This document shows, piece after piece, positions 28,961-38,922 of a stretch of DNA of 64,000 nucleotides. This DNA comes from a virus. Both the position numbers and the translations under genes were made by a program. The stretch is from the IMG/VR virus record IMGVR_UViG_3300025012_000055, positions 27,381 to 91,380 of that record, one strand, 5' to 3'. A model generated the notes under the pieces. The model searched no databases. It was not told the origin of the DNA and was given only the letters and a program-made list of their open reading frames with translations. Numbering within the stretch: position 1 is the stretch's first letter; every line of letters begins with the position of its first letter.

Positions 28961-29046
28961 GGAAAATAAACCAATCAGGGTATTGGGCCTATTTGCTAAA
29001 TAGTGCGTTCTGTAAAAAGAATGTGTTTCAAATACTCTGTCCTCCG
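28961..29046 (+). tRNA. tRNA-Ser(GCT), degenerate
   Basis: ctat-ttgctaa-atag, long variable arm; mismatches in acceptor and T stems. Confidence 0.6.
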
Positions 29047-29057
29047 CAAAATTATAT

Positions 29058-29130
29058 TGACCAGTAGCTCAATTGGTGGAGCAACATTCTGATGAAATGA
29101 AGGTCGAAGGTTCAAATCCTTCCTGGTCAA
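29058..29130 (+). tRNA. tRNA-Ile(GAT)
   Basis: catt-ctgatga-aatg; tgaccag/ctggtca. Confidence 0.88.
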
Positions 29131-29139
29131 CAAAAAACT

Positions 29140-29212
29140 ATTTTCTTAGTTTAACTGGATAAAATATTTGGCTACGAACCAAAAGATGAGAGTTCGAATC
29201 TTTCAGAAAATA
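29140..29212 (+). tRNA. tRNA-Arg(ACG)
   Basis: tttgg-ctacgaa-ccaaa; attttct/agaaaat. Confidence 0.85.
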
Positions 29213-29227
29213 CATTATAATTAATAT

Positions 29228-29302
29228 GGTGCTATTGTTGTAAATTGGTGAGCATAGAAAACTGTGAATTTTCAGGTAAAGGTTCAATTCCTTTATGGCA
29301 CC
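29228..29302 (+). tRNA. tRNA-His(GTG)
   Basis: gaaaa-ctgtgaa-ttttc; G-1:C73. Confidence 0.88.
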
Positions 29303-29310
29303 CAATAATC

Positions 29311-30003
29311 TTAATTTAATAATTCAAAAACTTCTTTTATTCCTTCACTAGCTTTTTTATTAATATAAGTAATTTCCATTCCAATTTTACTTAAACTTTT
29401 AACTGGGTTTGGATCAATAAAAAATACTTCACAAGATAATTTTATATAAGTTAACATTTGAAAACAATAATGGATAAATAAAGAAGTTCCAATTATTATT
29501 AAATAATCACATTTTTCAATTGTTTTATATGATTCTTCAATATTACAAGGATATTCCCCAAACCAAACAACATGAGGTCTTAATTGTGAGCCATTTTCAC
29601 ATTTATCACCCAACTTTATATCATTATAACCACAATCATATATTAAATCTTCATCTGATGAGCTTTGAGATTTTGTAAGTTCCCCATGAATGTGAATAAC
29701 ATTTGAAGAGCCACCCCTTTCATGTAAATTATCAACATTTTGAGTTATCACGGTAACATCAAAATTATTTTCAAGTTCTGCAATTAATTTATGCGCCAGA
29801 TTTGGTTTTACATTTTCCAGTTGCCTTCTTCTTTCGTTATAAAAATCTAAAACTTTTTGTTTATCTTTGTGCCATGCACTTATTGTTGCAACATCATCTA
29901 TTTTATGGTTTAACCATAAACCATTTTTTCCTGTCCTGAATGTTGGGATGCCAGATTCCTCACTTACGCCCGCACCAGTAAAAACAACTATTTTCTTTTT
30001 CAT
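29311..30003 (-). CDS. cobB: Sir2/CobB NAD-dependent deacylase
   Basis: TGAGVSEESGIPTFR, TQNVDNLHE, HGE, LRPHVVWFGE, IGTS. Confidence 0.93.
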   Translation of the reverse strand: MKKKIVVFTGAGVSEESGIPTFRTGKNGLWLNHKIDDVATISAWHKDKQKVLDFYNERRRQLENVKPNLAHKLIAELENNFDVTVITQNVDNLHERGGSSNVIHIHGELTKSQSSSDEDLIYDCGYNDIKLGDKCENGSQLRPHVVWFGEYPCNIEESYKTIEKCDYLIIIGTSLFIHYCFQMLTYIKLSCEVFFIDPNPVKSLSKIGMEITYINKKASEGIKEVFELLN

Positions 30004-30064
30004 TTATTTGTTTTTTTAATAAATATTTATAAATAAGAATATATTTATATAATGATATAATAAC

Positions 30065-30763
30065 ATGAAAGATCAAATATCCAGAATGAAAGAATTGATT
30101 AATTATAATATTAATTATGGTTATATTAATGAAGAAATGGAAACTTCTGATAATTTTATAAATAATACATTTCAAGAATATAAAGAAAAAAATGCAATTG
30201 CAGTTGAGGTTAGCATTGATTCAGAAAATGATGTTGATTACAGATTAGCACTTATATTAAGATTTACAAATGTTAGTGGATATGATGAATTAGTATTTTA
30301 TTTTTCATTAATAGATAAAAATAATCAGTTTGTAAAAGGAAAAGAAAGTATTTATAATAGAGAAGAAGCAAATAAATATTTACCAAAAAAATTACAAGGT
30401 AGTATTTCTTTTTTTACTAAACTAAAAGAAATGTTTAAAAAATTAATAAATATGGAAACACCAGATATATTTTTTATGGAAACATATGAAGATTTTATAA
30501 GTGAAAGATTATTAAATCCTTATAGAAATTTAATTCCATTAATATTGGAAAATGGATATCTTTTGGAAAAAGAAGGAATATCCCATGATAAAAAGAAATA
30601 TTATTGGAAATTTGTAAAAAAAACAAATCAACAAATAAAAGAAGATAAGGAATTTGAATATTTTATAAATAATTTTAAAAAAGATGATGAATATTGGGAA
30701 AAATTTAATAAAGAATCAAGAATAATTATTGAGAAAATGTATGGAAATAAAAAAATTATTTAA
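30065..30763 (+). CDS. Hypothetical, probably head-internal, protein
   Basis: MKDQISRMKELINY N-terminus; TATTTATA motif upstream. Confidence 0.65.
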   Translation: MKDQISRMKELINYNINYGYINEEMETSDNFINNTFQEYKEKNAIAVEVSIDSENDVDYRLALILRFTNVSGYDELVFYFSLIDKNNQFVKGKESIYNREEANKYLPKKLQGSISFFTKLKEMFKKLINMETPDIFFMETYEDFISERLLNPYRNLIPLILENGYLLEKEGISHDKKKYYWKFVKKTNQQIKEDKEFEYFINNFKKDDEYWEKFNKESRIIIEKMYGNKKII

Positions 30764-30766
30764 AAA

Positions 30767-31744
30767 ATGAAAACTTTAAAATCCGTTGGTGAGTTCCCAA
30801 ATATAAGAAAAGGAGAAATCAAAAAAGGAAATAATAATATCTTGTCTTCCCTCAAAATTAAAAATGATTTAAACAGAGATATTTGGGATGAAAATGATCA
30901 ACTAAAAGAAAATATAAAAAAAAATCTTTTGGAAGTTGGAAAAGATTTCTTTGATTATCTTGAATTAACCACAGAAATTAAAGATATAATAATAACAGGT
31001 TCTCTTTCAAATTATAATTGGTCCAAATATTCGGATATTGATTTACATGTTATTTTTGATTTTAATGATGTCAAAGAATCTGATGATATAGAATTTATAA
31101 AAGAATACAGCAATGCAAAAAAATCAATTTGGAATGATACCCACAATATAAAAATAAAAGGATTCGAGGTAGAAATATATGGGCAAGATAAAAATGAGGT
31201 TCATAAATCTAATGGTATTTATTCTGTTTTAAATAATAAATGGATAATAAAACCAATAAAAAAAGAATTTAAAGTTGACTATGAATTAATTAAAAATAAA
31301 GCAAATCAATTAATGAAAGAAATTGATAATTTATCTTCTGATAATAATTTAATAAAAAAAATTGATAAGATTAAAGATAAAATAAAACGTATGAGAGAAT
31401 GTGGTCTTGAACAGGGTGGGGAATATTCCATTGAAAATTTAACTTTTAAAATGTTAAAAAGAAGTGGTTATTTAAAAAAACTAAATGATATTAAAAATAA
31501 ATCTTATGATAATGAACTCTCAATTAAAGAAAAGTTAAATACAGAAGAATCTGATATGGGTCCAACTATTGGAGAACCAAAGGATAAACATGGATATGAT
31601 GATTCTGGGAATGAAAATGCAATGGGTTGGTGGGGATTGGAAGGTGGTGGAAGTTCCGATTATTCCTCATCTTCCTTTGATTCAAGTTCCGATATTTTTG
31701 ATTTAAAAGAATCATTAAAAAAAGAATTAAGAAAATATTTATAA
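30767..31744 (+). CDS. Pol-beta-superfamily nucleotidyltransferase
   Basis: TGSLSNYNWSKYSDIDLH (GS-x-DxD); VEIY carries the third acidic residue. Confidence 0.8.
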   Translation: MKTLKSVGEFPNIRKGEIKKGNNNILSSLKIKNDLNRDIWDENDQLKENIKKNLLEVGKDFFDYLELTTEIKDIIITGSLSNYNWSKYSDIDLHVIFDFNDVKESDDIEFIKEYSNAKKSIWNDTHNIKIKGFEVEIYGQDKNEVHKSNGIYSVLNNKWIIKPIKKEFKVDYELIKNKANQLMKEIDNLSSDNNLIKKIDKIKDKIKRMRECGLEQGGEYSIENLTFKMLKRSGYLKKLNDIKNKSYDNELSIKEKLNTEESDMGPTIGEPKDKHGYDDSGNENAMGWWGLEGGGSSDYSSSSFDSSSDIFDLKESLKKELRKYL

Positions 31745-31914
31745 CTTTTCTTTTTATGTAATATTTATATAATGAAGTTTGTTTAAATTGGTTAATAAAA
31801 TAATCAATAAAATATTAAAAACCCAATACCATTCATTTTTTTCCAATATTAATCAATTGGCAAACTTCAAAATGGGTGTGAGGGTTTTATATTTTTTTAA
31901 AAAAATAAACTTAT

Positions 31915-32928
31915 ATGATAATAACAAAATTTATAAAAATAAAAATTGGGGGTGGAAATATAAAACATTTTAAAAATTTAGGATATAAAATAAAGCGATT
32001 GGATATTATTACAATACCTATTGAACACCTACAAAAAGGAAGTCATCAAAAGATTAAAGTAAAATGTGATGTTTGTAATATAGAAAAAGAAATAGAACAT
32101 AGATTATATTTAAAAAATACTAAAAATTATACTATTGAATATTCTTGTTCTCAAAAATGTGCTTATAATATAGGTAAAAATCAAAAAACTTGTTTAAAAA
32201 AATATGGAGTGGAATTTACATCTCAAATAAAAGAACATAAGGAATTAGTAATAGAAACATGGAATAACAAATCAGAAAAAGAGTTAGAAGAAATAAATAA
32301 TAAACGTAATAATACTAAAAAAGAACTTTATGGAGATAAGTATTATAATAATATGGATAAAAATAAACAAACAAAATTAAAAAACCATGGAGATGAAAAT
32401 TATAATAACAGAAATAAATTTATAAAAACTTGTTTAAAAAAATATGGAGTAGAAAATGTTTTTCAAGTGGAAGAAATTAAAGAAATATCTAACCAAACTA
32501 TATTAAACACTTATGGTGTTAAACATGTCATGCATTCAGATAAAATTAAAAATAAAGCATTTGAAACTAGATATGGAATAACTCATGAAAAATTTATTGA
32601 AAGATTATCTGATTTCTTAAAATATAGAAAAAAAATTTTAAAAATAACAAATCAGCAATTATTATTTTTATTAAAAAATTATAATAAAAGAGGAAATACT
32701 AAAATAAAAGGATCTTATCATATTGATCATAAATTTTCAATTTTTGAGGGGTTTGTACAAAACATATCTCCACACATTATCGGTAATATAGTTAATCTTG
32801 AAATGTTAACTTGGGAAGATAATTGTAGTAAACATACTAAGTGTTCATTAACAAAAAAAGAATTGTTTAATTTATATGACAATAAAAATAAAATATTGAA
32901 ACAACTAGAAAAAGAATATAAAAAATAA
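31915..32928 (+). CDS. HNH homing endonuclease with Zn fingers and KYG repeats
   Basis: CDVC, repeated TCLKKYGVE, C-terminal HIDH..NL....N..K. Confidence 0.8.
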   Translation: MIITKFIKIKIGGGNIKHFKNLGYKIKRLDIITIPIEHLQKGSHQKIKVKCDVCNIEKEIEHRLYLKNTKNYTIEYSCSQKCAYNIGKNQKTCLKKYGVEFTSQIKEHKELVIETWNNKSEKELEEINNKRNNTKKELYGDKYYNNMDKNKQTKLKNHGDENYNNRNKFIKTCLKKYGVENVFQVEEIKEISNQTILNTYGVKHVMHSDKIKNKAFETRYGITHEKFIERLSDFLKYRKKILKITNQQLLFLLKNYNKRGNTKIKGSYHIDHKFSIFEGFVQNISPHIIGNIVNLEMLTWEDNCSKHTKCSLTKKELFNLYDNKNKILKQLEKEYKK

Positions 32929-32984
32929 TAAAATATAAATTTTTTTCTATTTAACTAATATTTATAATAAAAATATAAAAAATT

Positions 32985-33878
32985 ATGCCAAATTATTCAG
33001 AACAATATTTTAATCAAGATGCAGGGCAACCTGCAGGTTTTTCTGATCAGGACAGAACAATTATAAAAGAAATTGAAGTTAGTGGGGATTCCACCAATAA
33101 AAAGTACATGGCCCAGCTTGTTGTTGTAAGGGGTGCTGGGGTTTCTCTTTCTACAGGAGATATTAATGTGGAATTATCACATTCAACCGATAGTGTTAGA
33201 TTGGGAGATGCAACCACATTAACAAAAGTTGCTACTGGTGGATTTCTACTTGTTTCTGGGCAAACGGAAATAAAAAATGTTTCAACTGCTGCTGGCGGAT
33301 TTTTACTTGTTTCTGGGCAAACATCAATAAAAGATGTTGCAGTTTCTGGCAGTAGTTTACAGGTAATTTTGACTGATAATGAAGGTATGATCGGTTCTGT
33401 TGTGGGAAAATCTAAAAAACCACAAATTTCCATAACTCGCCCATCCAATACTACTACCTATTCGATTTTGGATACAATTAATTCTGGAACTACCGTTATG
33501 GAAAGATTTAATATTGCCAGATCAAATAACAAACTAGTGTGGTGTTTGGGGGGACATATGTCAAGTTCCGTTTCCGCAGCAACTTCTTTAAATTGTGATC
33601 TTCATATATTTTCATCTGGATTAACCGTAACATCAGATAATACTTTATGGCAACCAAATGTTAATGAATTAACACATCATTTAGGTGTTGTATCATTTTC
33701 AAGTTGGAAAGTTTTAGGAAATAGATCTGTTTCTGAAGGTAGTATTGAACAACCTTTTCTTTTAACTCCAGACCCAGATAATCCCTCTTCCGTTTGGAGT
33801 GAACTTATTGCCAGAAATGCTTATGTTCCTTCAAGTGCCGAAATATTAACTGCCAGTTTGGATATTTCACAAGATTAA
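32985..33878 (+). CDS. Putative virion structural protein
   Basis: Ser/Thr/Gly-rich, internal repeat GGFLLVSGQT x2, late motif upstream. Confidence 0.6.
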   Translation: MPNYSEQYFNQDAGQPAGFSDQDRTIIKEIEVSGDSTNKKYMAQLVVVRGAGVSLSTGDINVELSHSTDSVRLGDATTLTKVATGGFLLVSGQTEIKNVSTAAGGFLLVSGQTSIKDVAVSGSSLQVILTDNEGMIGSVVGKSKKPQISITRPSNTTTYSILDTINSGTTVMERFNIARSNNKLVWCLGGHMSSSVSAATSLNCDLHIFSSGLTVTSDNTLWQPNVNELTHHLGVVSFSSWKVLGNRSVSEGSIEQPFLLTPDPDNPSSVWSELIARNAYVPSSAEILTASLDISQD

Positions 33879-33917
33879 TCGGAAAAATTATTTGAATTTA
33901 AATTAAATATTTAAAAT

Positions 33918-34172
33918 GTGAAAAATAAAATAATTAGATTAACAGAATCAGAACTTAAACAAATTATTGAACACCAGGTTTATTCAAATGTTTGGAAAAA
34001 GGATTTTTATGGATATATTAAAAGATTGAAGGGTTTAATTGATGGAATTAATAAATCATTTGATTCAATGGATGATATTTCTTTTGATGATGAGATTAAG
34101 GAAAACTTTATTGAGGATTTAAAAAATGTTGGAAAAATGGTTAAGATTTCTGTGGATAAATTGGAAAAATAA
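33918..34172 (+). CDS. Small protein with LTESEL..IIE motif
   Basis: Motif shared with other late genes. Confidence 0.6.
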   Translation: MKNKIIRLTESELKQIIEHQVYSNVWKKDFYGYIKRLKGLIDGINKSFDSMDDISFDDEIKENFIEDLKNVGKMVKISVDKLEK

Positions 34173-34194
34173 TTTTTAAAAATATAATTAACTA

Positions 34195-34923
34195 ATGAAC
34201 CCCAGACTAAGAAAAACTCTTTTATTCAATACTAAGAAATTTAAGAATCAATATAGCTTTCTCTTTGATGGAATTAATGAATATATTGAAAGAAATAATG
34301 CAATAATCAATGGAACTCCTGCAACTTTTAGTGCGTGGATAAAGTTAAGTAGTTTAAATTTAGTTCAAAGAATAACCACAATAAATCAAAAATCTACTAC
34401 TACTAATGTATTATCAATCTTTATTGATGCAAATAATAAGGCCAATGCACAGCATTTTGATGTGGATGGTGTAGCGGCATTAAGTACAACTGTTTTGACA
34501 ACCAATACTTGGTATCATATAGTCGGGGTTTTTACAAGTGATTCTTCAAGAACTATTTACGTAAATGGGGTTTCGGAAAATACAAATACAACAGTTCAAT
34601 CCGCAATGACTGGATTAGATTACACATCTTTTGGTTATATTGCTTGGACCACTAATATTCAGTTTTTTAATGGAAATATTGATGAAGTAGGTTTTTTTAA
34701 CACCAATTTAACCGCAGCACAAATAACTGAAATATATAATAATGGCAAGCCCAAAGACTTAAAAAAACATAGTATGGTAAATAATCTTGTTAGCTATTTT
34801 AGAATGGGAGATAAATCAACATGGGATGGAACAAATTGGACATTAGTGGATCAAAAAGGAACTAATAATGGAACAAGTGTGAACATGGAATATAATGACA
34901 GGAGTCTTGATGTAAAATTATAA
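34195..34923 (+). CDS. LamG/ConA-like lectin domain virion protein
   Basis: FDG, TFSAWIK, WYHIVGV, IYVNG, FNGNIDEV, LT..QI..IYN. Confidence 0.88.
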   Translation: MNPRLRKTLLFNTKKFKNQYSFLFDGINEYIERNNAIINGTPATFSAWIKLSSLNLVQRITTINQKSTTTNVLSIFIDANNKANAQHFDVDGVAALSTTVLTTNTWYHIVGVFTSDSSRTIYVNGVSENTNTTVQSAMTGLDYTSFGYIAWTTNIQFFNGNIDEVGFFNTNLTAAQITEIYNNGKPKDLKKHSMVNNLVSYFRMGDKSTWDGTNWTLVDQKGTNNGTSVNMEYNDRSLDVKL

Positions 34924-34971
34924 TGATAAAAAATAAATTTTTAACTTAATATTTATAAATAAAATAATAAC

Positions 34972-35238
34972 ATGGTAGAAAATCTATATAAAATATTACC
35001 AATAACATCTGTTAGGCCAGAATGGTTTGGTGTTGCTACTGTTGAAAAATCATTAGAAAATTGTAGAAAAAATAATGATGGAACCAAGGTTATATTGAAA
35101 ATCCCAGTTGGAGTCAAAGATATTAATGATGTTCCTGACAAATGGAAACAAGATTTTATAAACAGTTCACCTTTTATGAATCATTCTCAAATTTTAATTG
35201 AAATGAGTAAACCTGAATGGGTCTCTAATATGATTTAA
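34972..35238 (+). CDS. Hypothetical protein accompanying the LamG gene
   Basis: RKNNDGTKVILK..H.QIL..M..EW. Confidence 0.6.
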   Translation: MVENLYKILPITSVRPEWFGVATVEKSLENCRKNNDGTKVILKIPVGVKDINDVPDKWKQDFINSSPFMNHSQILIEMSKPEWVSNMI

Positions 35239-35355
35239 TTAATTTTTAAAAAAAATAAACATATATTTATAATAAAATATAAACTTTTTTAAACTTACGT
35301 ATATTTATAATAAAAAAATAAGAAATAAAAAATAATAATATTTAAATAAAAAATT

Positions 35356-36564
35356 ATGAACGACAAATCACAAAATTCAGAAAAAATAGTAGGAAAAGAA
35401 TACTATGACAGATTAAGGGTTTTATCTGGAATACCACTGAAAGAAGAAAAAGAAAATAAAGATAATACAAAAACTGTTATAAAAGAAGGTATTATTAGTT
35501 CTCCAGAACTTATAAAAGATTCTATTAAAAAAGCATGGGGTAAAAATTATTCAATACTTCGTGAGAATCATAAATATTTTATCAAGACAGCCACTGGAAC
35601 TAAAAAACCTGAACAATTAGACGAATCAGATTTTACATATATTGGTGGACTTGGAAATAAACTTAAATATAGATATGATTCATTGGCTGAGGCACAAAAA
35701 CAACTTAACTTTATAATGAAATCTCTTAATGAAGCATATAATTGGGTTAGCCCAGACACAATGGTAAAAGAACAAGTAATTGGTGGTGAAGAAGAAAAAC
35801 CAGATGAAGAAGAACCTATTGCTGAACCAGAAACAGAAGTATCGCCAGAAGCATCTGCAGGGGTGGAAGAACCTGTTGGTGATAATATTCCATCAGCAGA
35901 ACCAGAAGGTGGAGTTGCTCCAGATGCTGGTTTGGATGAACCATTAGCAGAACCAGAAGTGTCAGCAGAACCAGAAGTTTCTGATGATTTGGGTGATGAT
36001 TTAGGTGATGATTTAGAAGATGATCCAGTTCAATTAATTCAATCATTAAAAGGAAAATTGGCACAAAAAATAAGGATGACCGAATTAACACCAGAAGCAA
36101 CCAAGGACGTTTTAAATACTATTATATCCGCTCTTGATTTACAACAAGTGGATCCAGATGATAGATTATCAATAGCAAAAAAAGTTAGAAAGGGTGGTTC
36201 TGTAGAAAAAGAAGTAGAACTCCAAGAAGATTTTGGTGATAAATCAAAAGGAACACAAACTGTTGGGAAAGGAAAAGTTACAAGTACGGCTGGTGGTGGA
36301 ACTACAGAAAAGAAAAAAGGTGAATTTGGTAAATCTGCCAAAGGAACTCAGTCAATGGGTAAGGGTAGATTAAAAGCAGAAAGTGTTGAACTTATTGAAA
36401 AATTGGTAAAGGAATCATTGCTCAAATATAGAAAACCTGTTGTTAATCAACAACCTGTTAAAAAAGTAGTTTCTGAAAATAAAAATAGAACTTTTACTTC
36501 AGAAAGGTCAGATTTAAAAAGGATTGAAAATCTTATTGAATCTGTTCTTAAAAAAAAAGCCTAG
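35356..36564 (+). CDS. Acidic late (head-associated) protein
   Basis: E/P/D-rich linker, RLRVLSGI motif, late motifs upstream. Confidence 0.65.
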   Translation: MNDKSQNSEKIVGKEYYDRLRVLSGIPLKEEKENKDNTKTVIKEGIISSPELIKDSIKKAWGKNYSILRENHKYFIKTATGTKKPEQLDESDFTYIGGLGNKLKYRYDSLAEAQKQLNFIMKSLNEAYNWVSPDTMVKEQVIGGEEEKPDEEEPIAEPETEVSPEASAGVEEPVGDNIPSAEPEGGVAPDAGLDEPLAEPEVSAEPEVSDDLGDDLGDDLEDDPVQLIQSLKGKLAQKIRMTELTPEATKDVLNTIISALDLQQVDPDDRLSIAKKVRKGGSVEKEVELQEDFGDKSKGTQTVGKGKVTSTAGGGTTEKKKGEFGKSAKGTQSMGKGRLKAESVELIEKLVKESLLKYRKPVVNQQPVKKVVSENKNRTFTSERSDLKRIENLIESVLKKKA

Positions 36565-36791
36565 CGCTAAGCAACAAATAAAGGAAAGTATTGCCCCAAA
36601 CGAAATTCTTACAATGTTTGAATTTGCAATGGCAATGCTTGGAGTTGGTGGGTTAGCATTTGCTGCATTTTTAACATCTGGAGGTTGGGGGGCCACAAAA
36701 CGAATAGCTGTTAATTTATTTAAAAAATTAGGAAAAATAGATAGTGCTCGTAAACTAGAGACTGCTGATGATTCGGCTATACAACAAGCCA

Positions 36792-37097
36792 TTACCCAAA
36801 TAAAACAAAAAACAAAATAACCCTAAATCCAATATAAGATATAAAACTGAAAAATATAAATTTTATTAAATTTATATTACCTTTCATCTTTATTTTTTTT
36901 GATGTTACCCACTCTTCATTTGGTGTTACCCACAATATTAAATTATACATTAAAAAAAACAATAAACAAAAAATTCCCAAATATATGTGATTTAAATAAA
37001 ATGAAAGGAACATTAAAAAAAACATTATTATTGCCATTCCCTGTACATTAGATTTTACTTTATTTAATGATACAAGAAATAAATGAATATTTTTCAT
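36792..37097 (-). CDS. Membrane protein
   Basis: Three hydrophobic segments; - strand promoter at 37141-37172. Confidence 0.6.
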   Translation of the reverse strand: MKNIHLFLVSLNKVKSNVQGMAIIMFFLMFLSFYLNHIYLGIFCLLFFLMYNLILWVTPNEEWVTSKKIKMKGNINLIKFIFFSFISYIGFRVILFFVLFG

Positions 37098-37215
37098 TGT
37101 CTTTAAGTTTTAATTATTAAATAAATACCATTTCATAATACAAAGGTAAGTAAAATAAATGACATTTTCAAGTAAAAAATGAATTATTTTTAAAATAAAT
37201 AGATATTTATAATAA

Positions 37216-38244
37216 ATGAGTGAAACATTAACAAAAAATTATTTAAAGAAATTTTATAATTTATCAAATTATGACCTTTCAGGTGAAATTATAAAAGAAG
37301 AAAAAGAATTGCTTGAAGAGGGTTGGCTGGGAAGAATTGCTGGTCTTTTGGGTATTACCGTTGCCTCATTTAGTTCAGCACTTTCTCAAAAAGTGGATAT
37401 ACAACAATTATCAAATAAGGTTGATTATGAAACGTTAAATAAAATTGAAATGGCAATGAAAGATCCATCAGTTGAACAAAAACTCAATCAACTTGGAATT
37501 CCTGATAATAATATTCAAAGAACAATAAATAGGTTGGAAAAAACAAAAAAAGTTAGTGGGATTAAGGAAAAACAAGTTTTAAACGATGAACAATTAGTAA
37601 ATTTATTAAAACAAGGATGGAATTTAACAGGAGTACAAACTGACACAATAATTAATACCTTTCAAACAATTACTCCAGAAAGTGATATAATACAATACAC
37701 ACATACCTTAAGCGATAATGCATTTTTTGCTAGCGGGGGGCACGCATTAAATAATCAAGAAATTCAAAAATTAACAAATACCATAGATTCATTACAACAA
37801 CAGGGAAATGTTTTATTAAATATTTCAATAGAATCCTCAACTGATAAACAAGGACTTTCAATTAATCTTCAGAATAAATTAGAAGATTTGAGATATTCAA
37901 AAGATAATAATGGGTTATCCAAAATAAGAAATGATCAAATAAAACAAATATTAATTAGTAAAGGAATTGATGATAGTTTAATAGGTCAAGTAATATTATC
38001 AGAACAAGGAACACAAATAATTGATAAAAATGCAAGGTATGTTAAAATTAGATTTAATATATCTTATCTTCCAGAAACCCCCCCACCAGGACCAAAAATA
38101 GATACTACATATAAACAAACATATAATTTAATATATTTATATTCTAAACAAAAATCACCAAAATCACCAAAAATTAAAATACCTTCTTGTAAAATTAAAA
38201 TAAAATTATTTAATAAAAAATCTATTTGTCCTGCTTACCAATAG
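37216..38244 (+). CDS. Hypothetical late protein, possibly OmpA-like C-terminal fold
   Basis: F.SG..L..I.IESSTD..N.GLS.IR...R.VKI pattern. Confidence 0.5.
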   Translation: MSETLTKNYLKKFYNLSNYDLSGEIIKEEKELLEEGWLGRIAGLLGITVASFSSALSQKVDIQQLSNKVDYETLNKIEMAMKDPSVEQKLNQLGIPDNNIQRTINRLEKTKKVSGIKEKQVLNDEQLVNLLKQGWNLTGVQTDTIINTFQTITPESDIIQYTHTLSDNAFFASGGHALNNQEIQKLTNTIDSLQQQGNVLLNISIESSTDKQGLSINLQNKLEDLRYSKDNNGLSKIRNDQIKQILISKGIDDSLIGQVILSEQGTQIIDKNARYVKIRFNISYLPETPPPGPKIDTTYKQTYNLIYLYSKQKSPKSPKIKIPSCKIKIKLFNKKSICPAYQ

Positions 38245-38804
38245 CCATTGAAAGTAACGTATATATTTATATTATCTATATCTGTTACTAGAGTATTAAA
38301 ACTATTAACATAATAATATTCATATTCAATAATTGAATTTGAACCATATTTAATATTTTCATTCAATAAAAATTCATTGTGAAGTTTTGAACTAATCCAA
38401 TTTTTCAATATTTGATCTACAATAAATTCATTCATTTTTAAGATTGATGCAAAAAAAACATTTTCACCCACAAAAACATCCCCTTTTAAATAATATTTAG
38501 TTCTATCTGTGGGAGATTTTAATTTTTTAATTCCCCTAACATTTTTATTTTCGGCATGACCCAATAGTATCCACATATCATTATTTTCATAAACCGTATC
38601 ATTTGGAATTTTATTCAAATTAACTAAATAATTTGAATGATGTTCAGATGCTTTAAATAAATCATTATCCCAAATAAGTTCATTTAATCCTTTTGATACT
38701 CTGTATTCATTAATTTTTTCAAATAATAAGGAATCATATTTGGTTTGTGAGAATAGATTAAACCAAATAAAAGTTAAAAATAATATCATTATAAGTTTTT
38801 TCAT
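38235..38804 (-). CDS. CAP/SCP-domain secreted protein
   Basis: Signal peptide, INEYR...GL..L, HS, GEN, W..S..H...LL. Confidence 0.85.
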   Translation of the reverse strand: MKKLIMILFLTFIWFNLFSQTKYDSLLFEKINEYRVSKGLNELIWDNDLFKASEHHSNYLVNLNKIPNDTVYENNDMWILLGHAENKNVRGIKKLKSPTDRTKYYLKGDVFVGENVFFASILKMNEFIVDQILKNWISSKLHNEFLLNENIKYGSNSIIEYEYYYVNSFNTLVTDIDNINIYVTFNGYW

Positions 38805-38922
38805 AATACAAAGATAAGTAAAATATTTGACATTTCCAAGTAAAAAGTGAATTATTTTTAAAATAAATAGATATTTATAATAAAATAAATATTATATAAC
38901 ATGGAACTATTGGTTAATAAAA

